Assembly (NCBI GenBank): GCA_040387495.1
Contig: JAZKDQ010000006.1
Span: forward strand, 1-49,390
Length of the DNA stretch: 49,390 bases
Direction of reading: 5' to 3'
Source: Pseudomonadota bacterium
Lineage (GTDB): Bacteria; Pseudomonadota; Alphaproteobacteria; Paracaedibacterales; CAIOTO01
Shown here: positions 19,395 through 28,346 of the stretch, piece after piece
Position numbering within the stretch: position 1 is the first letter of the stretch
How the letters are laid out: each line of letters opens with the position of its first letter
Notes under the pieces: model-generated
Told to the model about the DNA's origin: nothing
The model's database searches: none
What the model saw: the letters and a program-made list of their open reading frames with translations, nothing else
Position numbers and translations under genes: made by a program

Positions 19395-20570
19395 TCAAGA
19401 TATCCCCATCGCACGACGCATAACGAATCGCTTAAATGGCTTTATGTGGTTTAAAACCGCAAAAGCTGCGTTCCGCGCGAAGCGTAACGGTGGCAGTTGA
19501 GAGTGATATAAGTGACTTATACCATCAGTCGCCCATAATACACTCAGGCGATCAAATTTTCGTTGGCTATCATACCTTTTTAGCAGGAAAGGGCATCCAA
19601 GATCAATCCCTTGTGATTTAGTCTTTGCCAATTCATCAATTAAAATAGCCGCATCCCGCCAGCCAAGATTGACACCTTGCCCCGCGATTGGATGAACCAC
19701 ATGCGCAGCATCACCGATCAAAGCCATGCGATTGTCTATCGTTGAACTGACTTTTGTGTAAGACAATGGATATATCCAACGTTTTGGCAAAAAGGTAGTC
19801 GAGCCATAATAAGGAAATATTTTTTTAAATATATCTGCGAGCGATTGATCATCATATGCTGCCCAGTCAAAGGCACGTGGTTTGCACCATACTAAGCCAG
19901 ATTTATGTTGACCTGTTGTTACATCTGGTAATAACGGCAATACGGCAAGCGGCCCGTCTTTTTGAAAGATTTCAAACGCTGTGTCGTTATGTGGCTTTTC
20001 ATGTAGAATGTGTACAACAAGTGCATTTTGATCATAATCATTGGTTTTTATTGTAATGGATGTGTGGGTGCGTAGCTTTGAATGTCTGCCATCGGCTGCG
20101 ATAATAAGCGGTGCGTTAAGCGTTTCACCTGAGTCTAGTTGAACAATAACATGACCTTCGGTACGGTTAAGCGATTTAAGGGATGCTGGTGCAAACACCG
20201 TTAAATTCGCAGGTGTGTTTTCATATAACGCTTCGCGAATGATCGTATTTTCGACAATGTATCCCATTGGATCTTTGCTTATGTCTTTTGCGTCGTAATC
20301 GAGCGTCCAAGGTGAATCACCTTCAAAAACACGTATATGCTGAATGGGTTGTGCATAGGGTGCAATTGAATCCCACAGACCAAAACTTTCAAACAATCGT
20401 TTTGACCCAAGTGTCATAGCTGTTGTACGGCCATCACGTGCAGCATTCAATATAGCATCATTTGCTTCATGGTCGATGGACGCGACAGCCAATCCACGCT
20501 TGGCAAGACCAATTGCGCATAAGCGGCCAACAAGGCCTGCCCCAACAATAATGACATCAAACACGTTCAT
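19395..20570 (-). CDS. UbiH/UbiL/COQ6-family FAD-dependent ubiquinone hydroxylase
   Basis: DVIIVGAGLVG, DGRTTA, IAADG, GDAAHVVHPIAGQGVNLG.RD. Confidence 0.92.
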   Translation of the reverse strand: MNVFDVIIVGAGLVGRLCAIGLAKRGLAVASIDHEANDAILNAARDGRTTAMTLGSKRLFESFGLWDSIAPYAQPIQHIRVFEGDSPWTLDYDAKDISKDPMGYIVENTIIREALYENTPANLTVFAPASLKSLNRTEGHVIVQLDSGETLNAPLIIAADGRHSKLRTHTSITIKTNDYDQNALVVHILHEKPHNDTAFEIFQKDGPLAVLPLLPDVTTGQHKSGLVWCKPRAFDWAAYDDQSLADIFKKIFPYYGSTTFLPKRWIYPLSYTKVSSTIDNRMALIGDAAHVVHPIAGQGVNLGWRDAAILIDELAKTKSQGIDLGCPFLLKRYDSQRKFDRLSVLWATDGISHLYHSQLPPLRFARNAAFAVLNHIKPFKRFVMRRAMGIS

Positions 20571-20837
20571 GGATAGATCAAATTAAATTATCTGATTGAT
20601 TATAGAAGGATGGTTGAGAATTTATCCAGAAGAATGTGCAGTTACTCGTCTTGCACACCCTAAGACTAGTCATTTTTTGTGTATTCTATTTTGAAAAATA
20701 GGTCGAATTTTGTACATTTTTATTGTTTCATATCATTCGTCATGCCTAACAAGATCAAATGATAGCTGTATTTTACCCTCAAATTTGCTAGATTGACGCA
20801 AGATCATACGAATCATAAAAACAAAAAGGCCACCTAC

Positions 20838-21659
20838 ATGAAAATACTATTTTGCGGCGACATCGTCGGTAAAAGCGGCCGTGATGCTGTTTTGGCTCAT
20901 CTGCCTGCCATTAAAGACAAGCTACAACCTGATTGCATCATCATCAACGGAGAAAATGCTGCGCATGGCTTTGGTATCACCGCCGCTATCTGTAAAGATT
21001 TGTATAAAGCCGGCGTACATGTCATCACGACGGGCAATCATGCTTTTGATAATCGTGAGATTATGAATTACATGAGTTCTGATAAAAATATTATTCGCCC
21101 GATCAACTATCCTCCATCAACAGCAGGAAGTGGCTTTACGATCTTTACTACGCCACGCGGGCAAAAAGTGTTAGTTGTGAATGTGATGGGGCGCATATTT
21201 ATGGATCCTCTGGATGATCCATTTGCAGCGATGGAAAATTTGTTTAAGACGTATGTGTTGGGCGGTTTGGTGAATGCAATTGTGGTTGATATGCATGCTG
21301 AAGCAACCTCTGAAAAAATGGGAATGGGCCACTTTTGTGATGGCCGCGCAAGCTTGGTTGTTGGCACGCACACGCATGTACCTACGTCAGATTGCCAGAT
21401 TTTGCCAAAGGGAACAGCGTACATGACTGATGCCGGTATGTGCGGTGATTATAATTCTGTAGTTGGAATGGATAAAGACGTTCCATTGTTTAAGTTCACA
21501 CGACGTATACCGCCACCTGCGCGCATGCAACCAGCAACAGGGCCAGGCACGCTCTGTGGTGTGTTTGTTGAAACGGATGATGCGACAGGCTTGGCTAAAA
21601 AGATAAAGGCCGTTCGCCTTGGCGCGCGATTGGAAGAGACGCCGTTAGATGGGATTTAA
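20838..21659 (+). CDS. ymdB: YmdB-family metallophosphoesterase
   Basis: GDIVG, NGEN, TGNH, DMHAEATSEK, GTHTHVPT, TDAGMCG. Start moved to ATG at 20838. Confidence 0.93.
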   Translation: MKILFCGDIVGKSGRDAVLAHLPAIKDKLQPDCIIINGENAAHGFGITAAICKDLYKAGVHVITTGNHAFDNREIMNYMSSDKNIIRPINYPPSTAGSGFTIFTTPRGQKVLVVNVMGRIFMDPLDDPFAAMENLFKTYVLGGLVNAIVVDMHAEATSEKMGMGHFCDGRASLVVGTHTHVPTSDCQILPKGTAYMTDAGMCGDYNSVVGMDKDVPLFKFTRRIPPPARMQPATGPGTLCGVFVETDDATGLAKKIKAVRLGARLEETPLDGI

Positions 21660-21917
21660 ATAATTTTAAGCGATAATTCATAAAATCATACTCCACACAT
21701 TTTTTTGACATACTTCATAAGTACAACAAATGTGGCAAATTAACAGGAGAAGAAGAGAAGTCAAAATTTTCGTAAAATTGATCATGACGCCCAACTTCAG
21801 ACTTTGCAAAGCTTCGGCTTGACAAGTTGGGACTCTTTGATACTCATTTACTCTTCAAACGCCGCTCTTCAATCTTTGATTGTTTTATACTCAAATTATA
21901 TGTGAACAGCTATAAAT

Positions 21918-21944
21918 AAAAAAAGGCCCCATTATGGAGCCTCT
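21918..21944 (-). terminator. Rho-independent terminator
   Basis: Minus strand aggctccat-a-atggggcct followed by a T-run, 25 nt after the stop at 21970. Confidence 0.75.
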
Positions 21945-21969
21945 TATTTTAGTAATAAAAAGAAACGAT

Positions 21970-22455
21970 TTATTTCTTAGCTGGAGCAACTGGAGCAACA
22001 GCAGCTTTTGCGTCAACTGGAGCAGCAGCTTTTTTAGAAGCATCAGCTTTGTTAGCTTTCTTATGCTTTTTGTGCTTGCATTCTTCTTTTGCTGCTTTTG
22101 TTGGTTCAGCCATTGGCGTCCAAACTGATGTACTTTCGTTCAACATATCAGTGTAACGATTACGCTTACCGTGACCTTTACCTTTTCCTTTTTTGTGCTC
22201 TTTACCAACAACTGCTTTTTGATCTTTAGCAACAACTGCTTTTTGATCAACTTTTTTTGCATCAACTGCTGGTGTTGCTACAACTGGTGCTACTGGAGCA
22301 ACTGCTGCAGGAGCCACAACTGGCATAGCTGGTGCTGCTGGCGCAGCTACAACTGCTGCTGCAGGTGCTGCTACAACTGGTGCTGGCGCAGGCGCAGCTG
22401 CATAAAGCGCTGTTGTTCCAGCTAAAACCAAAGCGATATTGAATATTTTTTTCAT
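21970..22455 (-). CDS. Exported Ala/Pro/Val- and Lys/His-rich disordered protein
   Basis: AAGGAG RBS, signal peptide, strongly biased codons (GCA/GCT, CCA, GTT), own terminator. Confidence 0.85.
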   Translation of the reverse strand: MKKIFNIALVLAGTTALYAAAPAPAPVVAAPAAAVVAAPAAPAMPVVAPAAVAPVAPVVATPAVDAKKVDQKAVVAKDQKAVVGKEHKKGKGKGHGKRNRYTDMLNESTSVWTPMAEPTKAAKEECKHKKHKKANKADASKKAAAPVDAKAAVAPVAPAKK

Positions 22456-22544
22456 GACAGAATTAACTCCTTAAATAATTTAACATGGAACCAAGAGCTG
22501 GATCATTCCCAACTGGATCTTACTTAAGTTTATACCGTAAATTA

Positions 22545-22559
22545 TTAATAAAACCTTAA
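22545..22559. promoter_or_regulatory. CtrA-type box
   Basis: TTAA-taaaacc-TTAA, 90 nt upstream of ATG 22455. TATAAA lies 10 nt downstream on the minus strand. Confidence 0.55.
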
Positions 22560-22696
22560 AATTTTAAACGTAAATAGTATGTATTTGTCTGACCCTGTGG
22601 CTTTTGCGTCACCAAATCCACCCAATTTACACTTTTTTAAAAAAATAATTTATAATTCATAATATTTTTTACGCAAAAAAATATGTACGTTTTTCC

Positions 22697-22725
22697 TTGC
22701 ATTAATGAATGACATGCGTTATAAA
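22697..22725 (+). promoter_or_regulatory. Sigma70 promoter for tRNA-fMet
   Basis: TTGCAT-17 nt-TATAAA. Confidence 0.6.
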
Positions 22726-22740
22726 AGGACAATCAGTTGT

Positions 22741-22817
<77 letters not shown>

Positions 22818-22835
22818 ATCTTATTGTTAAGTTAC

Positions 22836-23327
22836 ATGCTGATATATTTTTCGAATTTCGTAGCTTCTTTTTTTGGACTTGGGTATCTTCCCTGGATGCC
22901 AGGAACATGGGGCACCATTGGCGCTGTATTCTGCAGCTTATTTTTCCTAAACTTTTCACCTTATATTCTACTTTTTATAGGCTTTGTAATAACACTCATT
23001 GGTCTTCATGTTTCTAACATAAGCCTAAAAGCACGTGCTTATGACAATATGGATCCTAGCTGGATTGTTATTGACGAAGTGGCAGGATACTTTTGGGCAA
23101 TATCACTCATTTCTTTTGTACGACCGCTTGATTATGTACAGCTTGCCCTTGCATTCATCTTTTTTCGTATTTTTGATATTATGAAACCTTGGCCAATTTC
23201 GTGGATTGATCGAGAATTAGCGACATCACACAAAACAGCTGCCTTGGGGATCATGCTTGATGATGTGTTGGCAGGTATTTTTGCGGCATTGTTTACCTTA
23301 TTTGCATGCCGTATCATTGCTGCTTAA
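22836..23327 (+). CDS. pgpA: Phosphatidylglycerophosphatase A
   Basis: GLGY....PGTWG, DPSWIVIDEVAG, FRIFDI.KPWPI, GIMLDD.LAG. Confidence 0.95.
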   Translation: MLIYFSNFVASFFGLGYLPWMPGTWGTIGAVFCSLFFLNFSPYILLFIGFVITLIGLHVSNISLKARAYDNMDPSWIVIDEVAGYFWAISLISFVRPLDYVQLALAFIFFRIFDIMKPWPISWIDRELATSHKTAALGIMLDDVLAGIFAALFTLFACRIIAA

Positions 23328-23332
23328 GTATA

Positions 23333-24124
23333 CTACAAAACGTCGCCTAGTAATTTTTGCAAACCATGCATAAACTCTTCTGCCGATACAAGGGGGCAAT
23401 CAACGTACTTTGCCGCCGTGAACTCAACAGCAAGATAATTACCATCATACGCAATCTCATTTAAACTCATTTCAATGTTTTCTAAATTTTGCATCTTATC
23501 GTCAATCATAATGATCTGCTTCGGCATTACTGGCATTGTCGATAAAAGTGATGTCAACACCATCCCCTTATGTGTAAGCGAATGTTCACCATTTGTTATC
23601 ATTACACCATTCTTATATTGAGGAACGTTCTCACGATATGTAGGAAATTGTATTGTCTGAAATGCAGCATCATCAGGTGCTGTGCTAGAAAAATCAATGC
23701 CAAACATCGCTAATTGCTTTGTCCTCCATTCCATCATGTCGTGCTTTGAATCAATAAGACCTGACAATAATGCTGTGCACGCCATTGTTGAGATATTAAG
23801 CATTTGAAGGCGCTTAACTATTTCAGACATTATAGGGTGCAAAAGTTCAAACTCAATTCGAACAAGTGCGCAATGGACTAGATAATCAAACTCTTCATGA
23901 CTATATTTCGATTTCATGGACGATATAATTTTATCATGCAGATCCAGATTCGGTATCTGAAAAACAAGCTCTTTTGTGTTGAGGAGCACCATATCTACAT
24001 CAAAAACGACAAGTGTTTCTTTATTAGCTTTCTCTAAGATTTTTGCCAAAGCAGGTGCATTTGATATTGTAACAAATTCTGATTTTTCTGAAGATATTGT
24101 TTTCTTATTACATTGTAAGCTCAT
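23333..24124 (-). CDS. HAD-like protein, DUF2608-like
   Basis: TLVVFDVD.VL motif I, KG motif, IIMIDD motif IV. Confidence 0.7.
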   Translation of the reverse strand: MSLQCNKKTISSEKSEFVTISNAPALAKILEKANKETLVVFDVDMVLLNTKELVFQIPNLDLHDKIISSMKSKYSHEEFDYLVHCALVRIEFELLHPIMSEIVKRLQMLNISTMACTALLSGLIDSKHDMMEWRTKQLAMFGIDFSSTAPDDAAFQTIQFPTYRENVPQYKNGVMITNGEHSLTHKGMVLTSLLSTMPVMPKQIIMIDDKMQNLENIEMSLNEIAYDGNYLAVEFTAAKYVDCPLVSAEEFMHGLQKLLGDVL

Positions 24125-24259
24125 TGATGTCTATTCCAATATTTTGTGCGTAATAACGGCACATGATACATATAAAAAATATAAATCCTATTCGTACACA
24201 TTTTTCTAATGAATAGGCCTTAATTATACTTTATGCGCTAAAATTGACTAAGGTTCAAC

Positions 24260-26224
24260 CTAGCAATCACATCGTTTCTTACATCTGCATGCTTTTGCAA
24301 TATTACTTGTTTGTGTTGTTGTAACAGATGTCGTTGCTGTCTGCACACTAGCAATTGGCGCATTCAAAGACTGCGTTGTGATTAACTGAGTTGCAACTGA
24401 TGTACTCACCGGCTGAACACCAGCAACTGTACCAATTGGCTGAATAGCATTGGTAGTTTCTGCGTTCCCAGGCTGAGTCATTGCGAATGCGCTCACTGCT
24501 GGCTGGGTATTGGAAACGGATGTGCTAACTGATTGAACACCAGCAGCCGATGTATTAATTGGTTGAGAGTGAGAGGCCAGCGCATTAATTAGTTGTGTAT
24601 TAGAAGCCAATGCGTTAACTAATTGCGTGTTAGAAGACAATTCATTAATCAATTGATTATTAACAGCAACGGATGTGGGATTAACAGCAACGGATGTGGG
24701 ACCAACAGCTAATGTTCCCACTGGTTGGGTAGTAGCTACAGCGCTAACTGGTTGGGTAGTAGCTACAGCACTAACTGGTTGTGCCGTAGAAATAGCACTT
24801 GATGTGCTAATTTGCGTGCCGCCAGTTAATGATCCAATTACCTGTGCAGCAACGGGCTGCGTACCAATAGCTGACGTGTTAATTGCCTGTGTGCCAGCAG
24901 GCTGCGTACCAATAGTTGACGTGTTAATTGCTTGTGTGCCAACGTGCTGCGTATCAATAGCTGACGTGTCAATTGCTTGCGTGCCACTTGCTAATGTACT
25001 AGCTGCCTGTGTACCAATGGACTGCGTACCAACTGACTGAGTACCAGCAGCAAATGTTCCAACTGATTGTATGGCGATAATGGCCGATGTACCAACTGAC
25101 TGGGTGCCAGAAGCAATCGGCAAATTTATGTTAAGCATTAGTTTGCGAATTCTAGCGTTACTCGTATCTGCAACATAAATATTCCCAGCAGAATCAGTTG
25201 ATAGACCGAATGGTTGATTAAATAACGCTTGTAAAGCTGGCACATTATCGGCAAAACCAACAGTACCAGTACCTGCTATTGTTGTAACAACACCAAACGC
25301 TGTAATCTTACGAATACGTTGGTTACTTATATCCGCAACATAAATATTTCCTAATGTATCAATTGTCATCCCCCCTGGTGCATTAAACATCGCTGAGGCT
25401 GCAATTCCATCAGAAAACCCCGCAACACTACCTGCAAGCGTTGTAACCGTACCATTTGGTGTAATCTTTCTAATTAAATGATTCCATGTATCACTTACAT
25501 AAAGATTCCCTGAACTATCCATTGCAATTCCGAAAGGTAAATTAAACTGAGCCGCAGCACCAATACCATTTGCAGTTCCAGCAACACCACTTCCTGCTAT
25601 TGTCGTTACGACACCAGCTGACGTAATTTTTCGAATACGATTATTGTTTGTATCTGTTATATAAAGATTATCAGAACTATCAATTGCTATATTATAAAGA
25701 CCATTAAATTTTGCGGCTGCTCCAACCCCATCAGCAAATCCTGCACTACTTCCTGCGAATGTTGTCACATCACCATTTGGCGTAATCTTTCTAATTCTGT
25801 GATTTAACTTATCTGCAACGAAAAGATTACCAGATGAATCAATTGCAATTCCAGTTGGAGCATAGAATTGAGCTAACGAACCATTACCATCAGCGACGCC
25901 AGCTGTTCCACTACCCGCAAACGTTGTTACAACACCAGCTGAGGTAATCTTAATAATCTTATTATTACCAGGATTTGTTACATATACATTTCTGTTCTTA
26001 TCGACAACAACTGCATTTGGCATACTAAAAATACTATTGGATCCATCACCAGCAAATGTTGTTACATTGTAATCACTTTGTATTGGAACAGTTTGTGTCT
26101 GCGTAATTTGAGCAGATGCTGCTTGAGTAGATGTTGTCTGAGTAGATGTTGTCTGAGCTGGCGTAGATGTGATGCCCACCACCATACCAAAAAAAAATAC
26201 GCATAACAGGTGCCAATTTTGCAT
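24260..26224 (-). CDS. Exported NHL-repeat beta-propeller protein with Thr/Gln-rich tail
   Basis: Six NHL repeats (F..P.GIAIDSSGNL.VAD..N.RIRKIT), hydrophobic N-terminal signal. Start uncertain (26224 or 26302). Confidence 0.85.
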   Translation of the reverse strand: MQNWHLLCVFFFGMVVGITSTPAQTTSTQTTSTQAASAQITQTQTVPIQSDYNVTTFAGDGSNSIFSMPNAVVVDKNRNVYVTNPGNNKIIKITSAGVVTTFAGSGTAGVADGNGSLAQFYAPTGIAIDSSGNLFVADKLNHRIRKITPNGDVTTFAGSSAGFADGVGAAAKFNGLYNIAIDSSDNLYITDTNNNRIRKITSAGVVTTIAGSGVAGTANGIGAAAQFNLPFGIAMDSSGNLYVSDTWNHLIRKITPNGTVTTLAGSVAGFSDGIAASAMFNAPGGMTIDTLGNIYVADISNQRIRKITAFGVVTTIAGTGTVGFADNVPALQALFNQPFGLSTDSAGNIYVADTSNARIRKLMLNINLPIASGTQSVGTSAIIAIQSVGTFAAGTQSVGTQSIGTQAASTLASGTQAIDTSAIDTQHVGTQAINTSTIGTQPAGTQAINTSAIGTQPVAAQVIGSLTGGTQISTSSAISTAQPVSAVATTQPVSAVATTQPVGTLAVGPTSVAVNPTSVAVNNQLINELSSNTQLVNALASNTQLINALASHSQPINTSAAGVQSVSTSVSNTQPAVSAFAMTQPGNAETTNAIQPIGTVAGVQPVSTSVATQLITTQSLNAPIASVQTATTSVTTTQTSNIAKACRCKKRCDC

Positions 26225-26358
26225 ACGTACCGAAGAAAAAGAAATCAGAGCTCTTTTTTTAAAAATATATTCTTTTTTTTGTTCTTTAATGATGCAAGTC
26301 ATATTTTGAAATACTTTATATAAGAGGGCCCTTCACACTTAAGTGTATTCAGAAAAGA

Positions 26359-26374
26359 TTAACGGAATGTTAAC
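26359..26374. promoter_or_regulatory. CtrA-type box
   Basis: TTAA-cggaatg-TTAAC (full consensus). TACACT lies 11 nt downstream on the minus strand. Confidence 0.6.
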
Positions 26375-26469
26375 TTTGCATGCACATGCCGCATTCGATA
26401 CTATTCGAAAAATGGTTAAGCGACAGATGAACAATGGTTCAAAGTTGGATGGGCGTTAATAAAAATTCA

Positions 26470-27255
26470 TTAGCCAAAAAAGCTCTTATATTTTTCAGGA
26501 TATTCAGCACCTAAAAAGAACAATGCATGCGGAGGCGCCGTCTGCCCAGCACGTTTCCGTTGACGTGATGCCAAAATATCAAGTACATCGGTGGGTTTTA
26601 TACGTCCATCTCCAACCCATTTAAGGGTCCCCATCATAATACGAACTTGATGATGCAAAAACGCACGTGACTTTAGGTACGCCTTAATGATATCTCCCTC
26701 GCTTGTAATATCAAATACATCCAGTCTACGCATTGGGTTCTGCGCTTGGCATTCGGAGTCACGAAACGCTGAAAAATCATGATGTCCGACCAATAGCTGT
26801 GCTGCTTCGTGCATTAATTCGTGATTAAGTGGTTTCATAATATGCCAGGCATGCTCATATTGCAAAATAGAGGCAGGGCGACGATTCAAAATAAAATAAT
26901 TATAACTACGTGAAAGGGCTGAAAATCGTGCATGAAAATCAGGAAAAGTTGGCTCAAGAGAAGTTACAACAGCGCCCTTCCCTTTTAAAAAATAATTGAT
27001 CCCCAACATTGTGTGATCACAATGTAGCTCGTGCGGTACATCAAAATGTGCAACTTGTGCATATGCATGAACCCCCGCATCTGTGCGGCCGGCGCCATGT
27101 ATATTAACTTTTTCACGAACAATCGTAAGCAAGGCAGCTTCAATCTCGGCCTGAACCGTTGGTGTTAACTTTTGGCGCTGCCATCCATAAAAGGAATCGC
27201 CTTTATATTCAATCGTAATACGGTAACGTCTATAGCCAGGTTTTATGTATGTCAT
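26470..27255 (-). CDS. truA: tRNA pseudouridine(38-40) synthase
   Basis: GWQRQ, GAGRTDAGVHA, FHARFSA, HDFSAFR, FL.HQVR. Confidence 0.97.
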   Translation of the reverse strand: MTYIKPGYRRYRITIEYKGDSFYGWQRQKLTPTVQAEIEAALLTIVREKVNIHGAGRTDAGVHAYAQVAHFDVPHELHCDHTMLGINYFLKGKGAVVTSLEPTFPDFHARFSALSRSYNYFILNRRPASILQYEHAWHIMKPLNHELMHEAAQLLVGHHDFSAFRDSECQAQNPMRRLDVFDITSEGDIIKAYLKSRAFLHHQVRIMMGTLKWVGDGRIKPTDVLDILASRQRKRAGQTAPPHALFFLGAEYPEKYKSFFG

Positions 27256-27373
27256 TAAATTGATGATAAATTTGTTGTTTTTAAATATGAGCTACCATAC
27301 ACTTTTTTCGGCTGAAGATGTTGAAAATTTAAAACAAAAACATCCATCCATTTCCACATTCTAAAACGGTCAT

Positions 27374-28123
27374 TTACCCCATAAGGGGGTAAGCACACAA
27401 CAATCCATTTTCCACCGGATTGCCAAACGTATCAACTTGTACAATGCCGAGCCGTGTTAATGTGATGATGGATAAAGATGCAAGCTGTTTTGTTAATTCC
27501 GCATCCCAGGTTAATCGCTGCTTCATCTTCTCAACTACAAATGGCGGGTGATAATGCATCGTAAAATGGGGTCGCATGCGATCATACTCTGGCGTTCCCC
27601 AATGCTGAAAACATTCATTGATAAGCACTAATTCTTTTGGATCATTGGCAAAGTATTTTTTAGCAGACAAGACATGAGCCTTTTGAAATTTAGTATGAAT
27701 TCTATCCATATAAAAAACACGTAAAGCTATATACACGTCACGAATGTGATGATTTACGCCTGAAAAACATTCCATTGAATCAAAGAATATATAATCATCC
27801 TGCACAGACAAACTTGATTGCATTTTTTGAACAATGATTGGTGCTTTTCCGGCTACTTCTTGCACAATTTCTTTAAGTGCTGGTAATTCACAAGCCAAAA
27901 CACCATAATGCCCAACCGAAAGGTGAGGGATTCGAAGCGCATGATTAACATAAGATCCCCATTCAACTGGGATAGCGTGCGTTTCAATATCTTGCAACAG
28001 ATGATAAGTATACTGAGACATCTTATAAAGTTGGTCAAGTGTGTCATCATCAGGCAAAAGAACAAACCCAAATTCTATGCGCTCTAGCGGTTCAAATGTA
28101 AGTCTATCAACTAAAAATGACAT
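27374..28123 (-). CDS. 2H-phosphoesterase-like hypothetical protein
   Basis: Two H-x-S/T motifs: PHLSV and PHFTM. Confidence 0.55.
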   Translation of the reverse strand: MSFLVDRLTFEPLERIEFGFVLLPDDDTLDQLYKMSQYTYHLLQDIETHAIPVEWGSYVNHALRIPHLSVGHYGVLACELPALKEIVQEVAGKAPIIVQKMQSSLSVQDDYIFFDSMECFSGVNHHIRDVYIALRVFYMDRIHTKFQKAHVLSAKKYFANDPKELVLINECFQHWGTPEYDRMRPHFTMHYHPPFVVEKMKQRLTWDAELTKQLASLSIITLTRLGIVQVDTFGNPVENGLLCAYPLMG

Positions 28124-28264
28124 AGCTTGGTACTTTTATCAAAAATGATGCCTAGCATCATCACTAGCAATAGTTTTAGGGTGTGTCAAGCGATCACCTT
28201 TTTATCATGTGAACGTTAGACAAGTATACCAAGAATCTATTTTCGGCTACATTTATTATATAAA

Positions 28265-28299
28265 TAAAAGAGGCTGATTCATAAAAACAGCTCTTTTAT
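28265..28299. terminator. Terminator-like hairpin
   Basis: ataaaagaggctg ... cagctcttttat, downstream of the stop at 28347. Confidence 0.6.
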
Positions 28300-28346
28300 G
28301 TATCATAAACTTTTTATAATAGCTCAATCAACATTAGCAAGCATTC

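Noticed and set aside
21790..21831. Hairpin cccaactt...aagttggg with an aaagcttcggc core
   Set aside because: Possibly a degenerate REP-like element, but single copy here and too short to call.
24125..24210. Signal-peptide-like text (KKCVRIGFIFFICIM) in another frame upstream of the DUF2608-like gene
   Set aside because: No start codon or RBS support, and AT-rich DNA readily yields hydrophobic translations.
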